From NCBI GenBank assembly GCA_964551545.1, contig CAZKCT010000001.1, forward strand, positions 36,065-100,064: a stretch of DNA of 64,000 bases. The letters run 5' to 3'. How positions within the stretch are numbered: the stretch's first letter is position 1; the number at the start of each line of letters is the position of its first letter. This document shows, piece by piece, positions 12,591 through 22,052 of this stretch. The DNA comes from an uncultured Piscirickettsiaceae bacterium. Lineage in GTDB: Bacteria; Pseudomonadota; Gammaproteobacteria; GCF-002020875. The position numbers and the translations under genes are program-made. Under the pieces are notes generated by a model. The model was given only the letters and a program-made list of their open reading frames with translations, was not told the DNA's origin and searched no databases.

Positions 12591-13337
12591 ATGGACAGAA
12601 ATCAACTGCTCCAGTCACTGGATGCGCTGCTGGAGGTGGACCGTTACAAGGATTATGCCCCCAATGGACTTCAGGTCGAAGGGGGCTCAGAGGTCAATGT
12701 CATTGTCACGGCGGTAACCGCTTCGCAACGGGCGATTGATGTTGCAATTGAGCTTGGTGCAGAGATGTTGCTAGTGCATCACGGTTACTTCTGGAAAGGA
12801 GAAGATCCCTGTGTTGTGGGAATGAAACAGCAACGATTGAAAAAGTTGCTGGGGCATGGAATCAATCTGGCGGCCTACCACCTACCGTTGGATGGCCATC
12901 CACAACTCGGAAATAATGCACAGTGGGGGAAGCTTCTCGAGTGTGTTGTGGAAGGGGTGCTAGAGGATGCAGAGTTGGTTTGTTACGGCACCTTGAATGA
13001 GCCACTCACAGCGGAGGCGTTTGCTTGCAAGGTTGAGTCCGGGCTGGGCAGAAAGCCGCTTCTGATTGAGGGTCACCAGCGGCCGATTCAGAGAATTGGT
13101 TGGTGTAGTGGTGGGGCGCAGGACTATCTCGACCAAGCTGCAGCAGCGGGTCTGGATGCCTATCTTAGTGGTGAGGTTTCAGAGCGGAATTACCACCAGG
13201 CAGTAGAGCAGGGGATCTGCTATCTTGCCTGCGGCCATCATGCGACGGAGCGAGGTGGTGTGCAGGCGCTGGGGCAGTGGATCGAGGCGCAGCATGGCCT
13301 GAGTTGTCACTTTGTGGATGAAGAGAACCCGGTCTGA
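12591..13337 (+). CDS. Nif3-family dinuclear metal-centre protein (YbgI-like)
   Basis: Conserved HHGYFWKGE and C-terminal CGHHATERGGV motifs of the Nif3/YbgI family. Confidence 0.8.
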   Translation: MDRNQLLQSLDALLEVDRYKDYAPNGLQVEGGSEVNVIVTAVTASQRAIDVAIELGAEMLLVHHGYFWKGEDPCVVGMKQQRLKKLLGHGINLAAYHLPLDGHPQLGNNAQWGKLLECVVEGVLEDAELVCYGTLNEPLTAEAFACKVESGLGRKPLLIEGHQRPIQRIGWCSGGAQDYLDQAAAAGLDAYLSGEVSERNYHQAVEQGICYLACGHHATERGGVQALGQWIEAQHGLSCHFVDEENPV

Positions 13338-13366
13338 GTGAGGGCTCAACAAGAGAGGAAGATAAG

Positions 13367-13726
13367 ATGGGTGAGGAATACAGGGGGAGTTGTCACTGTG
13401 GTGCCATTGCGTTCTCCTATCATGGAGAGTCGATTGCCAAGGGGTTGCGCTGCAACTGCTCGATTTGTGCACGCAAGGGGGCGATGATGAGTACTGAGGT
13501 GATTGCTCCCGAGCAGCTACAGATCGATGCAAAACCGGGGGTATTGGGGCTCTATCAGTTTGGGGAGAAAACGGCCAAACACTATTTTTGTAAGGAGTGT
13601 GGTATCTATCCATTCCATGAAACGGCCCGCTTCCCTGGCCACTTTCGAGTCAATCTGGGCTGTATCGAGGGCCTGGATCCTCTGCAGCTGGAAGTGGAAA
13701 CCTTTGATGGAAAGCATCTGCTCTGA
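13367..13726 (+). CDS. GFA-family (CENP-V/glutathione-dependent formaldehyde-activating-like) zinc protein
   Basis: CHCGA ... CNCSIC ... CKECG cysteine pattern typical of the GFA/DUF636 domain. Confidence 0.7.
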   Translation: MGEEYRGSCHCGAIAFSYHGESIAKGLRCNCSICARKGAMMSTEVIAPEQLQIDAKPGVLGLYQFGEKTAKHYFCKECGIYPFHETARFPGHFRVNLGCIEGLDPLQLEVETFDGKHLL

Positions 13727-13779
13727 GTTGCCAGTGCGTAGTCTTATTGGCTGACCTTTGGTCTTGTTAATGGGTCTTG

Positions 13780-15072
13780 TTAAATCGAGAGGCTGCCGCT
13801 GACCGAAAAAACCGGTGTCTCTTTGCCGCGGTTCTCCGGGGCACACCCCGCTGCGATCTCCAGGCACTTCTGCTGGTTCTCTTTAGCGATTTTGACAATG
13901 GAGGGGTCCAGCTTTTCACTTTCGACATATTGGTCGAGGATCTCGATGATTTGTGGAAGCTCCATCCCTTTTCGATAGGGGCGGTTCTGTGCGAGGGCCT
14001 GGAAGACATCGGCAACGGAGAGAATGCGTGCCTCAATGGAGAGGTTGTCCGGGGTGGGATGGAAGGGATAACCGGCGCGGTTGATTCCTTCATGGTGGTA
14101 GGCGGCCCAGAGGGCAATATCCTCGATCCCATCAATATAGCGCAGAATCTGGTAGGTCTCATAGCTGTGGCGATTCATGACCGAGCGCTCCATCTCATTG
14201 AGTGCGCCTGGTTTGTCGAGAATGGCGTCTGGCATCCTCAATTTGCCAATATCGTGGAGAAAGCCGGCAATCTCTACCTTGTCGACCTGCTCCTCTGAGA
14301 GCCCGTGGTGGGTGGCAAGGTAGCGTGCCAGTACCCCAACTCGGGTGGAGTGTTGCGCGGTAAAGGGACTTTTCTGATCGACAATATAGGAGATGATCAG
14401 TGCCATCTGTCGAATCTGCTCAAGATTGAGTGGTTGTCGTTGCTGAACCTTGCCCATCTCCCAGGTGAAACGGATCACATGGCGCTCCTCCAGTGCAACC
14501 CAGAAGGCCTCGGACTGTTGGATCTCTAGAAAGGCGTCGACCAGCTCAGAGTCAAAATAGTGGTCGCGATAACTCTCAATGGATCGAGTGACCTCCTCTT
14601 TAAAGAGCAGAATGTCCTTGCCGTAGTGGGCCGCTGACATCACATCGATGCGGTCCGAGAGGAAGATTAGATTGGCCCTGCGACGATCTTCCGGGCTGAG
14701 ATCGGTATTCTGTAATGTCTCCCACGGCGTGTGGTGGTGGAGAATCGGGAGCGCAAAGGGGGTGAGTGGTTTGAACTCTTTCAGTAACTGGTAGCCAATC
14801 TCACAGTGGATGTGAGCGTCTTCCCAGTCAAAATGGCTGACCAGGTTGTTGTGGACCTGATCAGAGGAGACACCGCAGTCATGGAGCAGTCCCAGCTCAA
14901 AGAGGAAGTGGATCTCGGAGGCCTCGTATCCGAGGTGGTGAGCCAGTTGAGTGGCGATGTAGCCGACCCGCTTACCGTGGTTGGTGTCGTTCATCCCCAC
15001 CAGGTCAACGGTGCTCTCAATTGCCAGCACCATCTGATGAGGGTCAATCTGTAGCGTGGAGGTTTGTGTCAT
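13780..15072 (-). CDS. Tandem HD-domain protein with a C-terminal canonical HD-GYP c-di-GMP phosphodiesterase domain
   Basis: C-terminal HDIGK ... HHEGINRAGYPFH (HD-GYP). The N-terminal half carries a second, degenerate HD-like domain (LLHDCGV ... HHHTPWE). Confidence 0.8.
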   Translation of the reverse strand: MTQTSTLQIDPHQMVLAIESTVDLVGMNDTNHGKRVGYIATQLAHHLGYEASEIHFLFELGLLHDCGVSSDQVHNNLVSHFDWEDAHIHCEIGYQLLKEFKPLTPFALPILHHHTPWETLQNTDLSPEDRRRANLIFLSDRIDVMSAAHYGKDILLFKEEVTRSIESYRDHYFDSELVDAFLEIQQSEAFWVALEERHVIRFTWEMGKVQQRQPLNLEQIRQMALIISYIVDQKSPFTAQHSTRVGVLARYLATHHGLSEEQVDKVEIAGFLHDIGKLRMPDAILDKPGALNEMERSVMNRHSYETYQILRYIDGIEDIALWAAYHHEGINRAGYPFHPTPDNLSIEARILSVADVFQALAQNRPYRKGMELPQIIEILDQYVESEKLDPSIVKIAKENQQKCLEIAAGCAPENRGKETPVFSVSGSLSI

Positions 15073-15311
15073 GGTGGCCTCTAGGGAGTGGGATGATATA
15101 TAACAAATTGTATCGTACCTCTTATAGTCGACACCTTATCCTGAGTCAATTCAGGGTTATTTACTTGACTGAAAAAGTTGGTTATTGGTAGGATAGGATC
15201 TTTATATTGCCTCGATGCTGTCGCGCATCTGAAAGGGGTTGAGATTTGTCAGTGAGCCCCTATGATGAGTGTCGTTATCGACTGATAAGGGGCCAAAAAG
15301 GAGCCATAAAC

Positions 15312-15635
15312 ATGGATGTATTGGAGAGAATTGATCAGCAGGTCAAGAACAACCCGGTGGTGATCTACATGAAAGGGACGCCGCAGTTTCCGGTTTGTGG
15401 TTTCTCAAGTCGTGCCTCGGCGGCACTCAAGCAGACAGGGGTCGAGTTCTCCTATGTCAATGTGCTGGAAGATCCGGAGATTTTCGAGAATCTGCCGCGC
15501 TATGCCGATTGGCCCACTTTCCCGCAGATCTATGTCGATGGGGAGCTGATTGGTGGCTGTGACATCACCCTGGAACTTCACGAAAAGGGTGAGTTGCAGT
15601 CGATGATGGAGGCAGCGACCCGGCAGGAGGGCTGA
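15312..15635 (+). CDS. grxD: Monothiol glutaredoxin Grx4 family
   Basis: CGFS active site (PQFPVCGFSSRA) and a WPTFPQIYVDGELIGG motif. The ATG at 15312 gives 107 aa. Confidence 0.85.
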   Translation: MDVLERIDQQVKNNPVVIYMKGTPQFPVCGFSSRASAALKQTGVEFSYVNVLEDPEIFENLPRYADWPTFPQIYVDGELIGGCDITLELHEKGELQSMMEAATRQEG

Positions 15636-15775
15636 TCCAGTCCAGAATCACGGCATTAGGTGGCCTGTCCAGTCGTCAAATATGGAATGGGCTATCTCAT
15701 CTGTTTGGGTGCCCCAATTGAATGGATCAATGGGTTGTTTTTCTAATGCTTTGAACAGTTGCCTGAATAGTTCCT

Positions 15776-15988
15776 ATGAGTGCATCATTGACGTTGGTAG
15801 ATAGTGACGAAACATTAGATCTTGAGTACATCATGTATGCTACTGATCGAGGATCGAGCACTAAGCATATTGGCGCACGTTTCTTGTGGCATTTCGATGG
15901 GACTACACTTAAATATGCAGGAGTAAATCCGTCTGATGTTGGTGGAGAATTAGTCTGGTCAAATGTGCGCCCGGTTGATGGACTGTAG
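15776..15988 (+). CDS. Orphan hypothetical protein (70 aa) in a low-GC islet
   Basis: An ORF only. There is no Shine-Dalgarno and no recognisable motif. It lies in the AT-richer segment between grxD and the toxin-antitoxin pair. Confidence 0.2.
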   Translation: MSASLTLVDSDETLDLEYIMYATDRGSSTKHIGARFLWHFDGTTLKYAGVNPSDVGGELVWSNVRPVDGL

Positions 15989-16207
15989 TGGCGTGCGTCA
16001 AGGGGGCCACTTCAAGAATCCAAGTTTTTATAAGTGACGGAGGAAGTTTTGTGGTCTCTGGTGTGGGGCGCGCTGGAGGGGTGTAGTTGATAGAATTGGG
16101 AATTTTCTGTCTGGGGCGCTACATTGGATGGTGTAAGGGGTTGGGTATGTCCTTTGGGGGTAGGTATTGCTGTGGCTCAAGTTGACGACTTGTCAAGAAC
16201 AAGCGGG

Positions 16208-16236
16208 TTGTCAATTGCTGAAAAAGAGACTATATT
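16208..16236 (+). promoter_or_regulatory. Sigma70-like promoter for the toxin-antitoxin operon
   Basis: TTGTCA at 16208-16213, a 17-nt spacer, then TATATT at 16231-16236. The GGGAG Shine-Dalgarno and the antitoxin ATG at 16271 follow. Confidence 0.5.
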
Positions 16237-16270
16237 CTGACTGAATTTAGTTCTCTGTTTTGGGAGTGAT

Positions 16271-16540
16271 ATGCACTATTCTACACAAATCAAGCCGATC
16301 AGCTACATCAAGGCCAATGCTGCAGAGGTGCTGGCGTCGTTGGCAGAGCAGCATCAGCCACTGGTGATTACGCAGAATGGAGAGGCCAAGGCCGTGCTTC
16401 AGGATATTTCCAGTTTTGAGGAGACGCAAGAGACGCTGGCGCTGCTAAAGGTTCTGGCGTTGGGTAATCAGGAGGTTGAGGCAGATCAACTGATTCCTGC
16501 AAGGGAGGCTATTTCTCAATTGCGTAGCAAGTACAGGTGA
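16271..16540 (+). CDS. Type II antitoxin, Phd/YefM family
   Basis: At 89 aa, the N-terminus (IKPISYIKANAAEVLASL ... PLVITQNGEAKAVL) is typical of Phd/YefM antitoxins. A GGGAG Shine-Dalgarno precedes it. It overlaps the downstream toxin by 4 nt. Confidence 0.7.
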   Translation: MHYSTQIKPISYIKANAAEVLASLAEQHQPLVITQNGEAKAVLQDISSFEETQETLALLKVLALGNQEVEADQLIPAREAISQLRSKYR

Positions 16541-16869
16541 GTAGTGATCTGTTTGAGGTGTTTTTGACGCAAGGGGCTGAACAGGATCTGCAGTCAATTA
16601 CCGATTATATTGCTCTGCATGACTCTCCAGAGCGTGCTGTATATGTGCTGGATCGGTTGCTTGAGGTGGTTACCAGTCTGGAGAATTTTCCGGAAAGAGG
16701 GGATTACCCTAAAGAGTTGTTAAGTTTGGGGATCAAGGAGTATCGTCAGCTTCACTTTAAACCCTACCGGTTGATTTACCGGATATTGGAAACACGGGTT
16801 GTGACCTATCTGATTGTGGATGGCAGGCGAGATTTCCAGTCTCTATTGGAACGCAGGTTACTGGGTTAA
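16537..16869 (+). CDS. Type II toxin, ParE/RelE superfamily
   Basis: A 110-aa protein directly coupled to the antitoxin (GTGA overlap), with a ParE-like C-terminus (YRLIYRILETRVVTYLIVDGRRD). Confidence 0.7.
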   Translation: MSSDLFEVFLTQGAEQDLQSITDYIALHDSPERAVYVLDRLLEVVTSLENFPERGDYPKELLSLGIKEYRQLHFKPYRLIYRILETRVVTYLIVDGRRDFQSLLERRLLG

Positions 16870-17507
16870 AGAGCTATCCCCTCAAATCGCCCACTCATCT
16901 GATCCCAATCGTTGACCATCTTGCAAAACAGTTTGGCGGTCTCCTCGGTATCGTAGAGTGCGGAGTGGGCTGCCTCGTGGTTCCACTCGACCTGGGCCGC
17001 CTCCGCCATCCGCGCCAGTACCGTCTGACCATAGAAGATGCCGCCCAGTGTTGCGGTATCAAAGCTGCTGAAGGAGTGGAACGGACTATTCTTGATCTTG
17101 CAGCGCTCAACGGCGGCGTTGACGAAACCAAGGTCAAACCAGGCATTGTGACCAATGAGAATGGCCCGGCTACAGCCGGTCGCTTTTACCGCCTTGCGGA
17201 TCGGGTCAAAGATGACCTTCAGTGCCTCCTTCTCCTCCACGGCCATACGGAACGGATGCCAGGGATCACTGAGGCCGATAAACTCCAGTGCCTTGGGATC
17301 CAGGTTGGCGTTCTTGAAGGGGAGTACGTGCTGCTCATGGCTCTCCTGAATCGCCAGCTGGCCATTCTCATCGTAATTGAGGATGGAGGCAGCAATCTCC
17401 AGCAGTGCATCCTTCTTGGCATCAAAACCACCGGTCTCGACATCGACCACAACCGGCAGAAAGCCGCGAAAGCGCTTTGCAATAGGGGATTTTCCACTCA
17501 TGCTCAA
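16866..17507 (-). CDS. rnt: Ribonuclease T
   Basis: DEDDh exonuclease motifs (VVVDVETGGFD, HNAWFDLGFV, AHSALYDT). Confidence 0.85.
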   Translation of the reverse strand: MSMSGKSPIAKRFRGFLPVVVDVETGGFDAKKDALLEIAASILNYDENGQLAIQESHEQHVLPFKNANLDPKALEFIGLSDPWHPFRMAVEEKEALKVIFDPIRKAVKATGCSRAILIGHNAWFDLGFVNAAVERCKIKNSPFHSFSSFDTATLGGIFYGQTVLARMAEAAQVEWNHEAAHSALYDTEETAKLFCKMVNDWDQMSGRFEGIAL

Positions 17508-18883
17508 TTCCCCTCCAGGGTACGAAGAAAGACCTTGGAGTTGCGTTTGTAGTTGTAGAGTGACTGGCGCTCAACAGGCAGGTCTGCCAGTTTTGCAGGC
17601 TCATACCCCTGTTCACGGAACCAGTGGCTGGTGCGGGTAGAGAGGACAAAGAGCTGGCGAATCGTCGATCCATCTTTCTGTAGTTGTTGATCGATATGTT
17701 GGAGCAGCAGATCACCCCGCCCCTCATCGCGATAGTCGGGGTGGATTGCAAGGCCGGCGATCTCGGCGACACCGTGACTGGGGTAGGGGTAGAGGGCGAC
17801 TGTGCCAATGATGGTGCCATCACGCTCCATCACCGTGAAGTGGTTGATCTCGATCTCCAGTAGCTCGCGAGAGCGGGGAACCAGAATGCCCTCCTCCTCC
17901 AGTGGCTGGATCAGCTCGATAATGCCGCCCACATCTTCAATCGATGCAGGGCGGATCTGGTCGTAGCGGTCGGCGCAGATCATGGTGCCGATGCCGTCAC
18001 GGGTGAAGAGCTCCTGCAGCAGACTGCCGCTCTCGATGCTGTCGATCAGGTGGGCACGCGGCACCCCCTGGCGACAGGCGTGGATGGCACTGATCAGGTG
18101 GCGTGCGGTCTGTTCTGGCAGTTTCTTGCGTTGTTCAAGTGTCTGCTCCGCCTCGTCCGGGGTGAGTTGACGTATCAGCCTCTTGCGCTGGTCAAGCAGC
18201 CCCGGCTCGTTGATCAGCGAGAGCATCTTGTCGGCCTCCAGCTGAATCGCCGCTGAGGTCGCCACATCCTCGCTGCTGAGGTTGAAGATCTCACCGGTGG
18301 GGGAGGTGCCGATTGGGGAGAGCAGCACGATGAACCCACTGTCGAGCAGCTGCTCAATGGCAGGGACATCAATTCTCCGAACCTCTCCAGTATGTTGATA
18401 GTCGACCCCTTCACGAACCCCCAGCGGGCGTGCGGTAACGAAGTTTCCAGAAGTGGTGCGAATGTCAGCGCCTGACATGGGGGAGTTGGGAAGGCCAGTA
18501 GAGAGCGCGCCCTCTAGTTCGAGGCGAATAGTTCCAACCGCCTCTTTGACGCAGAGCAGGGCCTCATCATTGGTGACCCGCAGGCCGTTGATGATCTCGC
18601 TTTCGCTATCGAAATCCTGTAGCCGCTCCTCAATTTGTGGGCGTGCGCCCGGCACCAGAACCAGACGGACGCCCAGGCTGTTGAGTAGCGCGAGATCCTG
18701 AATCAGCTCATGGAAGTGCTGATCCTTCAGCATCTCGCCGCCAAAGGTGATGACGAAGGTTCGCCCTCGATGTGCGTTAATATAGGGAGCCGCCCCACGG
18801 AACTGGGTGACAAAGTCGAGGGCCTGTCGACGAGCGTTACTGCCTCGTCTCTTTTTGGTTGCGGCTTTTTTGGTAGTCGTCAC
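17504..18883 (-). CDS. argA: Amino-acid N-acetyltransferase (N-acetylglutamate synthase)
   Basis: An amino-acid-kinase fold followed by a GNAT domain. Collinear with E. coli ArgA (PYINAHRGRTFVI, LFTRDGIGT). Has a lysine-rich N-terminal extension. Confidence 0.9.
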   Translation of the reverse strand: MTTTKKAATKKRRGSNARRQALDFVTQFRGAAPYINAHRGRTFVITFGGEMLKDQHFHELIQDLALLNSLGVRLVLVPGARPQIEERLQDFDSESEIINGLRVTNDEALLCVKEAVGTIRLELEGALSTGLPNSPMSGADIRTTSGNFVTARPLGVREGVDYQHTGEVRRIDVPAIEQLLDSGFIVLLSPIGTSPTGEIFNLSSEDVATSAAIQLEADKMLSLINEPGLLDQRKRLIRQLTPDEAEQTLEQRKKLPEQTARHLISAIHACRQGVPRAHLIDSIESGSLLQELFTRDGIGTMICADRYDQIRPASIEDVGGIIELIQPLEEEGILVPRSRELLEIEINHFTVMERDGTIIGTVALYPYPSHGVAEIAGLAIHPDYRDEGRGDLLLQHIDQQLQKDGSTIRQLFVLSTRTSHWFREQGYEPAKLADLPVERQSLYNYKRNSKVFLRTLEGN

Positions 18884-19001
18884 GGAGTGGAGTCGGCTGG
18901 TTGTAGTGGCTTGCTTGGATTGTAATGGTTCACGAGTCCCTGTAACTGATTCAGGGGTGAGCTAAACAGTTATGTTGGAATTATACCCACCGGGGAGAGT
19001 C

Positions 19002-19694
19002 ATGGCAGAAATTCATACACTGGAACTTGGGTCGATGGAGAACTTCATCCACCTCATCATTGACCGTGCAAGCGGGGAGATGGCGGTGGTGGATCCTGCT
19101 TGGGAGGTTGATGAGATCATCGCCTATGCGGATGAGCATGGGTTGAAGATATCCACCATACTGCTGACGCATGGTCACCATGATCACATCAACGGAGTCG
19201 AGGCATTACAGCAGGCGACTGCTGCAACGGTCTATTTTCATCGTGTTGAGGCCAACTTTTTTGGCTTGGAACATCAAGGTTGGCGCCTGTTTGATTTGCC
19301 ATTTCGCTGCCAGCTAGGGGAGAGCGAGATTGAGGCTGTTGGGACGCCAGGTCATACTCCGGGTAGCGTCTGTTACCACACGGGTGAACATCTGGTGACC
19401 GGAGATACCCTGTTTGTCTTTGGGTGTGGCCGCTGTGATCTGGAGGGGGGTGATCCGCTGGCGATGTACCATTCACTACAGCAGCTGCAGGCCCGTTTTA
19501 ATGGTGAGACCCGGATCTATCCCGGTCATAACTACTCGGTGCAGTCCACCTCAACATTGTCAGAGGAGCAGGCAGGGAATCCATTTCTCCACTGTGCCAG
19601 TGAAGCCGATTTTGTCCACTATCGGATGGTGCTGCATGATCAGCAGCGTAGCGCCCCTTATGGGCCGGTTGCTGCTGATCAGATGGCGCTCTAG
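19002..19694 (+). CDS. Metallo-beta-lactamase fold hydrolase (glyoxalase II-like)
   Basis: THGHHDH metal-binding motif plus downstream His/Asp ligands (GHTPGS, GDTLF). The ATG at 19002 follows a GGAG. Confidence 0.7.
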   Translation: MAEIHTLELGSMENFIHLIIDRASGEMAVVDPAWEVDEIIAYADEHGLKISTILLTHGHHDHINGVEALQQATAATVYFHRVEANFFGLEHQGWRLFDLPFRCQLGESEIEAVGTPGHTPGSVCYHTGEHLVTGDTLFVFGCGRCDLEGGDPLAMYHSLQQLQARFNGETRIYPGHNYSVQSTSTLSEEQAGNPFLHCASEADFVHYRMVLHDQQRSAPYGPVAADQMAL

Positions 19695-21076
19695 CGCATA
19701 ATCATCTCAAGGATCTTTTCGCCGCGATAGACGCGCAGAATCACCATCTTATCGGAGAGTGCCGCAGCCTTCTTCGCCTCTTTCAGTGAGGTGACCGGCT
19801 GCCGGTTGATAGAGAAGATGACATCATCGGGGCGTAGCCCCAGGGTCCACCCGGCCTGTTTTGGTTCGACCTGGGTAACGGCAATGCCGCCTGAGGGATA
19901 GAGATTGTTCTGGGCTGCGGAGAGTGGAGCCATCTCTACGCCGCTGAGGTTTGCGTTGAGCGTATCCCCGGAAAGAGTACGGCTCAATGGTTTGCGAATG
20001 GTGGCAAAGAGGGTGCGAGGGTGGTTGCCGCGCAGCAGAGAGAGCTTCACCTCTTTGCCGACCGGGAAGAGGCCGATGGTGGTCTGCAGTTGGGCTGGGT
20101 TCTCGACCGGATGGCCATTGATGGCGGTGAGGATATCTCCCTTACGTATCCGTGCCTCAGCGGCTGGAGAGTTGCTCTCTACTGCGGTGACAGCCACGCC
20201 CTGTCCTTGCGGGATGCGCAGGCTGCGAGCCATGTTGGAGGAGAGTGGTTTGGTGGTGATCCCGAGATAGCCGCGCTGTACGCCACCGAACTGGATGAGC
20301 TGGTTGCTGATCTCTTTGGCCATGTTGACCGGGATCGCAAATCCGATGCCGACACTGCCGCTGCCATTGGGGGCAAGGATGGCAGTATTGATGCCGACCA
20401 ACTCCCCATTGAGATTGATCAGTGCGCCGCCAGAATTTCCGACATTGATGGAGGCGTCGGTCTGGATAAAGGCCTCGAAGCGTTCCAGTCCAAGGTTGGA
20501 GCGTCCCAGTGCGCTGACGATTCCAGAGGTGGCGGTGTTGCCGAGGCCAAATGGATTGCCGATGGCGATCACAAAATCCCCAACCCGCAGTGTGCTCGAG
20601 TTCCCCAGTGGAATGGAGTGGAGATTGGTGGCCTGAATGCGGAGCAGGGCGATATCGGTCTCCTGATCGGAACCGATGGTCAGTGCGGGAAAGCTGCGGC
20701 CATCCTCCAGTGTCACCTCGATGGCCTCACTCCCCTCAATCAGGTGGTGGTTGGTGAGGATGTAGCCCAGATGGTGATCAATAATAACCCCGGAGCCTTG
20801 TCCGGCTGGATTGCGCCTGAGTGGATCGCGAGGCTGTGTGGCGTTGAAATCGAACTCTTCCAGCGTGCGGTCCGCCGCTGCGGCCTCTGCAGCACGGCTC
20901 AAGGTGGCCGAGATAGAGACCACGGCAGGGATGGCCTGCTCCAGCATGGGGGCCAATGTGGGCATGCCGCCTCGGCTGCCGAAGGCAAGCGGGGAGATGC
21001 CAGCGTGTAGTGGCATGGCAAGCAGCGCCAGTAGTACAGCACTCAGAAACTGAGTTCTAAAGATGTTGGGTCTCAC
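19691..21076 (-). CDS. degQ: DegP/DegQ (MucD)-family periplasmic serine protease with two PDZ domains
   Basis: The mature N-terminus MPTLAPMLEQAIPAVVSI aligns with E. coli DegP. Catalytic motifs GYILTNHHL, D, GNSGGAL. Two PDZ domains. A predicted signal peptide requires the GTG start at 21076. Confidence 0.8.
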   Translation of the reverse strand: MRPNIFRTQFLSAVLLALLAMPLHAGISPLAFGSRGGMPTLAPMLEQAIPAVVSISATLSRAAEAAAADRTLEEFDFNATQPRDPLRRNPAGQGSGVIIDHHLGYILTNHHLIEGSEAIEVTLEDGRSFPALTIGSDQETDIALLRIQATNLHSIPLGNSSTLRVGDFVIAIGNPFGLGNTATSGIVSALGRSNLGLERFEAFIQTDASINVGNSGGALINLNGELVGINTAILAPNGSGSVGIGFAIPVNMAKEISNQLIQFGGVQRGYLGITTKPLSSNMARSLRIPQGQGVAVTAVESNSPAAEARIRKGDILTAINGHPVENPAQLQTTIGLFPVGKEVKLSLLRGNHPRTLFATIRKPLSRTLSGDTLNANLSGVEMAPLSAAQNNLYPSGGIAVTQVEPKQAGWTLGLRPDDVIFSINRQPVTSLKEAKKAAALSDKMVILRVYRGEKILEMIMR

Positions 21077-21134
21077 TCCTTTGATGCCCCCAAGATTGAT
21101 GATACCGCTCAAGATGGATGGGAATGGTACACCA

Positions 21135-22052
21135 TCAGCGCTCAAAATGGCTGCGAGGGTTAAATTGAGTGGCCTCTTCCAATTGCTGGTAGAGGGTTTC
21201 GACTTTCTCCTCGGTGGCTGCTGGGGTCTGAATCTGCAGGGTGATGATTTGATCACCGGCGTTTTTCCCCGGAAGCCCTCTCCCTTTGAGTCGCATCTTC
21301 TGTCCACTCTGAGCGCCAGTGGCGATCTTGACGCCAACTTTTCCGCCGAGTGTTGGAACGGTTACTTTGCCGCCGAGGGCCGCCTCCCATGGGGTGATCG
21401 GTAGGGTTAGCAGAATATTGCTGCCATCAATCTCGAACAGTGGGTCGGCCTCAAATTGGACCTCCAATAGCAGGTCACCCCGTTGGCCGCCGGTGCCTCG
21501 CTCTCCTTGGCCGCTGAGGCGGATCTTCTGCCCCTGTTGAATCCCTTTGGGGATACGGATCTCCAGCTTGCGGTGTTCACCTGAGGGTTGAGGGATACGG
21601 ATGGTGCGACGTGCCCCTTCATAAGACTCCTGTAGGCGGACGCTAATACGCAGGGTCTGTGGGGAGGGGGTGTGTGGGGCAGAGGAGAATCCGCCTCCGG
21701 CAGCGCCGGGGCCCATGCCGCCACCAAAAATGGACTCGAAGAAGTCGCTGAAGCCTGCTCCGCCACCACCAAATCCTTCGCCAAAATGGCCACCACCACC
21801 GAAGCCTGGAGGCGGGCGAAACTCCTGCCCTGCTTGCCAGTTGGCGCCGAGCTGGTCGTAAGATTGCCGTTTTTCCGGATCTTTGAGTACCTCATAGGCC
21901 TCAGCGATCTCTTTGAACTTTTGCTCCGCATTGGCCTCTTTGCTGACATCGGGATGGTATTTGCGGGCCAGTCGGCGGTACTGCTTCTTGATCTCGGCCT
22001 GTGAGGCGTTCCGGTTTACCTCCAGCGTTTTATAGTAGTCGTGATATTCCAT
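21135..22052 (-). CDS. cbpA: Curved-DNA-binding protein CbpA (DnaJ homologue lacking the zinc finger)
   Basis: J-domain with HPD (YHPDVSKE), a Gly/Phe-rich linker, no Cys repeats, 305 aa. Confidence 0.8.
   Translation of the reverse strand: MEYHDYYKTLEVNRNASQAEIKKQYRRLARKYHPDVSKEANAEQKFKEIAEAYEVLKDPEKRQSYDQLGANWQAGQEFRPPPGFGGGGHFGEGFGGGGAGFSDFFESIFGGGMGPGAAGGGFSSAPHTPSPQTLRISVRLQESYEGARRTIRIPQPSGEHRKLEIRIPKGIQQGQKIRLSGQGERGTGGQRGDLLLEVQFEADPLFEIDGSNILLTLPITPWEAALGGKVTVPTLGGKVGVKIATGAQSGQKMRLKGRGLPGKNAGDQIITLQIQTPAATEEKVETLYQQLEEATQFNPRSHFER

Noticed and set aside
16040-16170. Periodic GGGG tracts as a possible G-quadruplex or small-RNA element
   Set aside because: It is suggestive but could not be tied to any structure or promoter by eye. 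It is mentioned only within the islet finding.
20021-21010. 329-aa ORF antisense to degQ
   Set aside because: Same reasoning: it is antisense to a conserved protease gene and has a Gly/Asp/Ala-rich low-complexity product.
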